Virus record (IMG/VR): IMGVR_UViG_3300026543_000128
Coordinates: 1-27,721 of that record
Length of the DNA stretch: 27,721 nt
DNA from: a virus
Lineage: Duplodnaviria > Caudoviricetes
Direction: 5' to 3' (one strand)
The notes beneath the pieces are model-generated. The model did not search any database. It saw only the letters and a list, made by a program, of their open reading frames with translations, and had not been told where the DNA came from. The translations under genes and the position numbers were made by a program. This document shows positions 7,286 through 13,301 of the stretch, piece after piece. How positions within the stretch are numbered: the first letter of the stretch is position 1; every line of letters starts with the position of its first letter.

Positions 7286-7606
7286 GTGAAGTATATTCTT
7301 AAGGACGGAGTTCCAGTCAAGACTGAAAACCTAATGGCTTGGGCAGAATGGTTTGAAACCGCTGACCGAACGATAGAAAAAACAATACTCCCTTCTGGCA
7401 GTGTTTCCACAGTCTTTCTGGCGCTCGATCATTGCTTCAACGGCGGACCACCGGTGCTCTACGAGACCATGATTTTCTGTCCAGGATTGCGGTGCGACGA
7501 GGAACAGCGCCGGTACTCATCACTTTCTGATGCCAGAGACGGCCATCAGGACATGGTACAGATGGCAGAAGAAGAAGCCGCGGAGACGCGGCGGGAGGGA
7601 GAGTAG
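7286..7606 (+). CDS. Phage hypothetical protein
   Basis: GTG start after junction copy 3; VSTVFLALDH...PPVLYETMIF...RYSS resembles a recurrent uncharacterised phage family (from recall). Confidence 0.8.
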   Translation: MKYILKDGVPVKTENLMAWAEWFETADRTIEKTILPSGSVSTVFLALDHCFNGGPPVLYETMIFCPGLRCDEEQRRYSSLSDARDGHQDMVQMAEEEAAETRREGE

Positions 7607-7613
7607 GAAAACC

Positions 7614-7862
7614 ATGGACGCTAAAACGCACCGGCAACAAGCAGCGTTGGCAAGCGTCCACGGTCAACCAGTCATTGCACTCTCATTCTACGGCTACTCT
7701 GATGGACATGTGTCCATGTGGCAGCATACAAATCATGCGGAAGACTACGAACGGGCCAAAAAGCTTTTGATTGCTATGCAACTCCATTTGACACAATTCA
7801 TAGATGATGGGGCAATGTGCCCGTTTAACCCGGAGTTTCATCAACTGGACACGACGGACTAG
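7614..7862 (+). CDS. Hypothetical protein
   Basis: ATG 7614 (MDAKTH...) follows junction copy 4. Confidence 0.65.
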   Translation: MDAKTHRQQAALASVHGQPVIALSFYGYSDGHVSMWQHTNHAEDYERAKKLLIAMQLHLTQFIDDGAMCPFNPEFHQLDTTD

Positions 7863-7909
7863 GCCGCCCAAAGCGCGGCGGGAGGGGGAGGAGGAAGGGA
7901 GGGGTCGCA

Positions 7910-8107
7910 GTGAAACGACCACGGAAACCGCGCCTGGGATGTGACGGGTGCGCCACATGGTTGTCAAACACTGAGTTGCGCCGAGGAGAACGGGCCTGCT
8001 GTAATTGTCAGTACCTTCGCCTTATGGTACGAGTGGAGCCTCTCCTGGCACAAATACGCCAGGAGAATATGGAGGCGTTAATCAAATGCCTTCGGAACAT
8101 GCTATGA
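7910..8107 (+). CDS. Small putative zinc-finger protein
   Basis: CDGC...CCNC; GTG start after purine-rich junction copy 5. Confidence 0.6.
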   Translation: MKRPRKPRLGCDGCATWLSNTELRRGERACCNCQYLRLMVRVEPLLAQIRQENMEALIKCLRNML

Positions 8108-8129
8108 AGAGCCACCAAGGCGCGTGGAT

Positions 8130-8450
8130 TTATTGCACCTTCAGTCCTGCCTTGTTCACCACCCACGCGAAAAGCGTAGACTCGTCAACGCCCGATGCGG
8201 CAAGAAAAGCCGGATAATCTGCGGCGGTGATCGACAAGGGTGTTGTCCGTATTGCATTGCCTGCCCCGTCCAGGAATGCATAACTGACCCAGGCGGTTTG
8301 CGAGAAAACATCGATATGGATTTCTCGGAGGGTGACTTCGGTAAGAGGCGCCCGAGCCTCAGGCGTTTGCAACATCTTTTTCGCGCCCTGCGAAAGCGCC
8401 AAAAGCCCAAGGATGAGGGTGAGGGCGATAAGAGTGCTTACGGTTTTCAT
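8130..8450 (-). CDS. Small exported or membrane-anchored hypothetical protein
   Basis: MKTVSTLIALTLILGLLALSQG-A is a signal-peptide-like N-terminus; SD AAGGAG; last gene of the late operon. Confidence 0.8.
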   Translation of the reverse strand: MKTVSTLIALTLILGLLALSQGAKKMLQTPEARAPLTEVTLREIHIDVFSQTAWVSYAFLDGAGNAIRTTPLSITAADYPAFLAASGVDESTLFAWVVNKAGLKVQ

Positions 8451-8476
8451 ACGAACTCCTTCGTGTGTGAGAACGA

Positions 8477-10804
8477 TTATGGCCGTCGTGTTACCCGGAT
8501 ATTATACGTTGCTGAGACGGGGTCCCGCGTTGAAGGCCCCACCACGTGAGTTCGCATCTCCACGGTGTCAGCAGCAGTGACGAAGCAGGAAAAAAACACA
8601 TCCGCCAACACCGTTACTGGTGGCCCAACCTGGCAAAAGTCATTCGCGAGAGCTCCAGGAACGACAAGACCTAAGGTGATTCCTGTGTTCCCTGTCGCGG
8701 TACTCGGAGGATCAACTGTCAACGAGACATCAAAGCTTGCATATTCGTCGGGGTTCTGCGTATACCATGACGCAGTACCTGTGAGTGACGGGACAGCGCT
8801 CCACCCATCAAGATACAAGGTGCCGCTCCCTGCGCTCGGAAGCATACGCAACACGACAGACGTATGCCCGCCTGCCCCTACCTCGAACGTCCCAGCAATG
8901 TGTGTCCATATGTCCCGTGAGATAATAGGAGGGAGCCCCGCTGTGGCGACGCCCCCGTCAAAGAGAAACTGCGGGGTGATATCGACTCCGCCGGTGGTTG
9001 GGATAAAAATCCATCCACTCACCGCCACCTGTTGTCCACGCAGCAGCGGTTCTTGTGCGGCAGTCAGCACAACGATAGACGGTTGTGCCGACGTCGTCAC
9101 GCCATCGACACGCAGCGAAAAAAGGCCATGTTTGATAATAGTGGCCTCGCGGGAGAAAGTGGGGGGAGACCCAGCAAAGCCCCAGCTCCCAGGAGGGGCA
9201 AAGGTCACATTATCTCGTCGTTCAGCAGACCCATTGATGAGGTAACTACTTCCGTCGGCATGCACTCCGCTGAACCGGATGAGTGCACTCGTCCCCCCTA
9301 CAGGCTGCAAATAGTGCGTATTGACTCCGTCGTCTTCAACCGTTGCACCAGCAAACGCACTCGTGACCACTTCTCCAATGATCACATCGGCGGAGGCGTT
9401 ATCAATACTAATCACGCCTCCTACATAGCCATCAATTTTTGTACGGTCTGCGTCGACAAGTTGGATATGTTTTTCCGTTGCAATGCTATTGGCCACAAAA
9501 ACCTTGGGGCCGATGCGGGCCTGGCTATGGCCTATTACAACAATATTGTTTCCAAGTGCAGCGCCTCCGCGTTCTAAATGCAGATCATACAGCCACGCCT
9601 GCGTCCCTCCTTCAATCTTTACGGCAGCGTCAGTTAACGCCTGGTACGTCCCCTCGACCCGATTGTTTCCATTCGGCGAAACTGTTTTTATAAAGACACC
9701 GACCGCCACACTCGTGATGTCTGCTTTAATACGGTTGACGTTAAAGGTCCCAACCGTATCGCCAGGCGCTGTCGTCATTTTGATGCCGTTGGCGGGTAAC
9801 GCATAGTCTCCACTGGTTCCAAACGGACTTTCATGCGCGCTCCCGCTGATAATGAATTCATCAATATCTGCTTCCAAGACGAAGTCCTGTGCCCACAGGG
9901 CGTAGCCTCCTACGGGCGTGCCACATATGACGTGAATACGATGCAGCAGCGGGAGGACGTGGTTGCGGATCACCATGCAATTATCCGCAGACGAGGCACC
10001 CCCTATCACGGAAAAGTCACTCCAGACCATATCTCGAATAAACACCGCACCCGCTGCCCCTCCAGCATCCGACACCAAGCAATTCGTCCCGGCCCCCATC
10101 GTACACGAGAGTTCCGACTGCATGCCTTGTCCTCGGATATCAATACGCTTTGTAAACGTGACCGTACTGGCGAGCACACACCGCGCCAAGGGCAGCACGA
10201 CAAGACTCCCCTGGGGGAGCGTATTGGCTTTTTGCAGCGCTGCACTATCATCCGTCACGCCATCACAAACGCCACCCAGGACGGGGTCAGTCAACCGGAA
10301 AACCTGCCGCTGCGCATTCGATCCTCCGATGAAGTTGTCGGCGGCAGTGATTATCCCACCCGCCACGGTCACTTCAGTCACTACTATGCCCCCATCCGGG
10401 TCCACCGGACGCACCGTGACTTGCTGGCTCCGATACCGCGTCCCAAAGCCCAGCGCGCTCCAGCCTATCGGCACCCCAAAGGTGTCCTTGAACAGTACAA
10501 TCCAATGGGTCCCGTTCACATTGGGCAACGTCACTGCGACGGCACCCTGTTTGCTATACGGAAGCTCGTCTCCATCCTGCACATAGCCTTCGCACGCGGT
10601 CGCCGCAAAGGTGAGCGACGATGCGGGGACAGCAAATTCACAGCCGATGACGATAAACGGCCGGCGGGCGTCCGAATCTCTGGCGCGGACTTCAGCGGCA
10701 GCAGCAGGCTTGCCGTGATCCGACTGCGCCCATACCGGCCCGGCCCACCACTGGAGAAAGATCACAAGCATCACGGCATAGCGTAGCATCGCGCGTCCCC
10801 TCAT
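8477..10804 (-). CDS. Tailspike/depolymerase-like protein (pectate-lyase-3-type beta-helix plus CBM-like domain) with N-terminal signal-peptide-like sequence
   Basis: GGVCDGVTDDSAALQKA...IDIRGQG beta-helix entry motif; G/V/T/I-rich repeats; CBM4/9-like segment (LINGSAE...FSLRV...VSGWIF...WTHIAGTF...LYLDGW); N-terminal MLRYAVMLVIFLQWWAGPVWA-Q. Confidence 0.75.
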   Translation of the reverse strand: MRGRAMLRYAVMLVIFLQWWAGPVWAQSDHGKPAAAAEVRARDSDARRPFIVIGCEFAVPASSLTFAATACEGYVQDGDELPYSKQGAVAVTLPNVNGTHWIVLFKDTFGVPIGWSALGFGTRYRSQQVTVRPVDPDGGIVVTEVTVAGGIITAADNFIGGSNAQRQVFRLTDPVLGGVCDGVTDDSAALQKANTLPQGSLVVLPLARCVLASTVTFTKRIDIRGQGMQSELSCTMGAGTNCLVSDAGGAAGAVFIRDMVWSDFSVIGGASSADNCMVIRNHVLPLLHRIHVICGTPVGGYALWAQDFVLEADIDEFIISGSAHESPFGTSGDYALPANGIKMTTAPGDTVGTFNVNRIKADITSVAVGVFIKTVSPNGNNRVEGTYQALTDAAVKIEGGTQAWLYDLHLERGGAALGNNIVVIGHSQARIGPKVFVANSIATEKHIQLVDADRTKIDGYVGGVISIDNASADVIIGEVVTSAFAGATVEDDGVNTHYLQPVGGTSALIRFSGVHADGSSYLINGSAERRDNVTFAPPGSWGFAGSPPTFSREATIIKHGLFSLRVDGVTTSAQPSIVVLTAAQEPLLRGQQVAVSGWIFIPTTGGVDITPQFLFDGGVATAGLPPIISRDIWTHIAGTFEVGAGGHTSVVLRMLPSAGSGTLYLDGWSAVPSLTGTASWYTQNPDEYASFDVSLTVDPPSTATGNTGITLGLVVPGALANDFCQVGPPVTVLADVFFSCFVTAADTVEMRTHVVGPSTRDPVSATYNIRVTRRP

Positions 10805-10986
10805 TCGTCTTTGTCCTTCGCAAAATAGTGGGCAATCACCGTACCTACCGGCGTCCCGATAATTGCAAGAAGCTCCCCGTTCACGCCCTCAAACCCCAAG
10901 GCCCGGAGAAACAATAACGCAACAAATCCGCCTACCAAGATCCCGCCGAGAATGGCCCGATTGATACGGCGAGGGTCCCAGGTCAT
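10801..10986 (-). CDS. Two-TM small membrane protein (holin-like)
   Basis: 61 aa; two hydrophobic stretches; IAHYFAKDKDE charged tail; ATGA overlap with the next gene. Confidence 0.6.
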   Translation of the reverse strand: MTWDPRRINRAILGGILVGGFVALLFLRALGFEGVNGELLAIIGTPVGTVIAHYFAKDKDE

Positions 10987-11025
10987 AAAATGCTATCCCT
11001 TTTCTGTGGAAACCCTGTGGAAATG

Positions 11026-11721
11026 TTAGGGAAGGGTGATTACCGCTGTTTGTTCCTCATAGAATACCGTAGCGAATAGCTCACCGCTGCCGTCTGCTGG
11101 CCCGCCTTCGACACGCACCACGAGATCAGTGAGACCCGGGACCGGTGCCGGATTGTAGTTTGTGTACACGGCTGGGGTAGTCGTGGTCCCTGCAAGTCGT
11201 GAAATGCCGCGACCGTACACGCCATCATTGATCGACGTTCCTACGACAAATCCAGTGAGCCCTTGGCCATTCCCAAAGCTCGTTTCCACGAAAAGCAACA
11301 CCCCATAGGGGATAGAACCGACCGGAAAGATACCGATAGGGTTATTCGCCCCTGTGCCTGACAAAATGGTATCGCCGCTGCTGGCCGTCAGGCGTACGGT
11401 CGCTTGTTGGCCGGTGCGGTTGGGGCTGGCTTGCCCGCTGGAGATCGAGCCGACATTATCTTCGGTGTACTGCAAATTCCCGAGCGAATCTTCAACACGG
11501 AACGAGTAGAGGGAATCCGTCAACAGGCGATACGTCAGACGCCCATCCGGGCCGAGTATGGCAGGATTCGTGAGCGGCACCAACCCTTCAAAATCGTTGA
11601 AAATTGCTTTGGGCGTGGTCGTGCCAGATTCAAAGGTAAACAACCGGCCGCCCGCAAGGGGAAGGCCATTTCCGTCAAACCATTGCGACCTGGGCTCGGG
11701 TGTGAGCAATGCAACTGCCAT
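11026..11721 (-). CDS. Virion head-binding (P22 tailspike N-terminus-like) protein, short, no catalytic domain
   Basis: PRSQWFDGNGLPLAGGRLFTFESGTTTPKAIF...LTNPAILGPDGR...YSFRVEDSLGNLQYTEDNV is typical of particle-attachment domains in P22-like phages. Confidence 0.75.
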   Translation of the reverse strand: MAVALLTPEPRSQWFDGNGLPLAGGRLFTFESGTTTPKAIFNDFEGLVPLTNPAILGPDGRLTYRLLTDSLYSFRVEDSLGNLQYTEDNVGSISSGQASPNRTGQQATVRLTASSGDTILSGTGANNPIGIFPVGSIPYGVLLFVETSFGNGQGLTGFVVGTSINDGVYGRGISRLAGTTTTPAVYTNYNPAPVPGLTDLVVRVEGGPADGSGELFATVFYEEQTAVITLP

Positions 11722-11735
11722 TTTGACCCTCTTTC

Positions 11736-11830
11736 TGCTATACTTTTTGTGTGGCTAGGCTTGCAACCGAAAGCCCGCTACCTTCACGGGTTGCCACACA
11801 CACCTTGAAGGCAACCGCTGAAGGAGGTTG
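11736..11830 (+). promoter_or_regulatory. Extended -10 promoter and structured 5' leader of the HNH gene
   Basis: TGcTATACT 11736-11744; stem TGTGTGGC/GCCACACA (11748-11755/11793-11800) enclosing two hairpins; SD AAGGAGG 11821-11827. Confidence 0.65.
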
Positions 11831-11833
11831 ACC

Positions 11834-12568
11834 ATGCCAACGCCTGCCTATTATTTCGCACACAAAGAAGAACTCAAAAAATACCAGCACGCCTACTACC
11901 TTATCCATCAAGACGAGTTGAGGGAAAAAACTCGTGAGTATAAGAAGACACACAAAGATGATCTCCTATACAAAGAAAGAAGAAAACAAAGCGCCCAGAA
12001 ACATTATCACGCCAACAAAGAGAAACTGGGGGAACAAAACAAAGAGTATCGAAAAAAACATCCTGAAATGGTGAAAACCTCTCATAAAAAATGGACTGAG
12101 AAAAATCCAGGGCTCGCAGCAGAACGATCCCGTATCTGGTATGCTACAAACAAAGAATATGCAATAAAACGGCAGCGGGAATATAAACAAACGCATCTGC
12201 AACAATATAAAGAGTCTTCTCGCCGCTGGGCGCAAACAAATTCAGAAAAAACCAGAAAGACCAAAAAACGCTGGGCACAAGCAAACCCAGAAAGCGAAAG
12301 AGCAAAAGCCAGTAAACATAACGCCCTCAAGCGCGGAGCAACTATCTCTAATCTCACCGCTGCCCAGTGGCACATGATCAAGGCTCACTACGACCACCGC
12401 TGTGTGTACTGCCAGAAGAAGTTCCAACGGTTATCCATGGACCACATCACTCCGCTGTCCAAAGGCGGTAACCACACCATGTCGAATATAGTCCCCGCCT
12501 GCCAATCGTGCAATAGTCGAAAGAATGCAGGCCCCGTACCTGTTCCCGTGCAACCTCTGCTCATTTAA
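11834..12568 (+). CDS. HNH endonuclease with N-terminal tandem 15-aa helical repeats
   Basis: CVYC...MDHITPLSKGGNHTMSNIVPACQSCNSRK is a Zn-binding HNH domain; ATG 11834 after AAGGAGG; visibly more A-rich than its neighbours and on the opposite strand. Confidence 0.93.
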   Translation: MPTPAYYFAHKEELKKYQHAYYLIHQDELREKTREYKKTHKDDLLYKERRKQSAQKHYHANKEKLGEQNKEYRKKHPEMVKTSHKKWTEKNPGLAAERSRIWYATNKEYAIKRQREYKQTHLQQYKESSRRWAQTNSEKTRKTKKRWAQANPESERAKASKHNALKRGATISNLTAAQWHMIKAHYDHRCVYCQKKFQRLSMDHITPLSKGGNHTMSNIVPACQSCNSRKNAGPVPVPVQPLLI

Positions 12569-12571
12569 CCC

Positions 12572-12600
12572 TTGCAACATACCGCACAATGCGGTATGTT
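12572..12600 (+). promoter_or_regulatory. Promoter with perfect 11-bp inverted-repeat operator
   Basis: TTGCAA (12572-12577)-17 bp-TATGTT (12595-12600); AACATACCGCA-CAA-TGCGGTATGTT at 12576-12600. Confidence 0.8.
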
Positions 12601-12607
12601 TAAGTGC

Positions 12608-12889
12608 ATGAAAACAAAACACAAAACCAGTCTAATGTTGTCTGGGACCGCCCGCGTATTGCTTCGTGGGTTCGCCAATGATGCCGGAATCAGCCAAAGT
12701 GCTCTAGTTGAAAGTCTTTTACGGAAAGAATGTCGCATAGGGCAACCTTCTCACGAAACAACACAGACCACATGCAGATCGATGATGGCGCGAGCGCACG
12801 CAATATTTGAGTCTGCATGTGCAGGGGAATTGTCCTGTGTTGAGGCACTTAAGGCCATAGAAACGCTCGAAGAAAGGACCACCTCATGA
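12608..12889 (+). CDS. Ribbon-helix-helix (CopG/Arc-like) regulator, probably leaderless
   Basis: KHKTSLMLSGTARVLLRGFANDAGISQSALVESLLRK fits an RHH pattern; ATG lies 7 nt after the -10 box with no SD. Confidence 0.7.
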   Translation: MKTKHKTSLMLSGTARVLLRGFANDAGISQSALVESLLRKECRIGQPSHETTQTTCRSMMARAHAIFESACAGELSCVEALKAIETLEERTTS

Positions 12890-13110
12890 TTCTCCGCCAA
12901 CTTAACCCCATCACTCTCCACGGTGTCACAGTGCTCCAGTCCTCGTCTGTAAAAAGGAAACCAGGGGAACCCCTTGAAGACCTTGCTGGCCGCTACCCGC
13001 TCGCGTGTATGGCCTGTGGGGCACGCCTTGGGACACGCTTTACGTCAGAAGAATGGCTGGTGTGTGACCTGCATGCTCTCTCCACAGCTACACAGGAGGC
13101 CACCTCATGA
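12886..13110 (+). CDS. Small putative zinc-binding protein
   Basis: CMACG...CDLH; ATGA overlaps at both ends. Confidence 0.65.
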   Translation: MILRQLNPITLHGVTVLQSSSVKRKPGEPLEDLAGRYPLACMACGARLGTRFTSEEWLVCDLHALSTATQEATS

Positions 13111-13301
13111 CCGCTCTTGACGTGTGGGCCGGGCTGATTCGCTTTGACCTGACCGCGTTGATCCCTTCGGCGGTATCGCTTGGAAAGTTTCTGTTCATCG
13201 TCCTTTTCTGCATCCTGTTCGGCGTGGCCCTCAAGTTTATCTCTGCCCCACTTGAGCGGTTTATCGAGGCAAAGGGATGGATGGAACCACGCCGAGACTA
13301 G
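13107..13301 (+). CDS. Small membrane protein
   Basis: SD AGGAGG; hydrophobic FLFIVLFCILFGVAL; tail-to-tail overlap with the ejection gene. Confidence 0.7.
   Translation: MTALDVWAGLIRFDLTALIPSAVSLGKFLFIVLFCILFGVALKFISAPLERFIEAKGWMEPRRD

Larger units (their letters stand above)
6774..7890 (+). repeat. Five copies of a gene-junction motif GCCGC-(loop)-GCGGC-GGGAGG
   Basis: Copies at 6774-6800, 7012-7029 (loop deleted), 7257-7285, 7576-7602 and 7863-7890, one at every gene boundary of the operon. Confidence 0.92.

Noticed and set aside
6774-7890. Junction repeats as a CRISPR array or classical integron attC sites
   Set aside because: The intervening units are 240-320 bp whole genes, not 30-40 bp spacers. 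There are no cas genes, no GTTRRRY/RYYYAAC core sites and no tyrosine integrase in the window.
8565-10786. Long plus-strand ORFs (226, 181, 317, 207 aa) and similar ones opposite other structural genes
   Set aside because: Antisense shadows of GC-rich minus-strand genes, with no SD or protein-like motifs.
11756-11795. Hammerhead ribozyme
   Set aside because: A three-stem layout and GAAA are present, but the required CUGANGA core is absent.
11748-12568. HNH plus upstream RNA as IscB/HEARO (OMEGA) or a group I intron
   Set aside because: The protein lacks PLMP and split RuvC motifs. The non-coding space is only ~110 nt, and the element lies between genes rather than interrupting one.
11760-12578. 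CTTGCAAC 8-bp direct repeat flanking the HNH gene as a target-site duplication
   Set aside because: Only 8 bp. One copy is inside the leader structure and the other is the -35 of the next promoter, so chance or independent constraint is sufficient.
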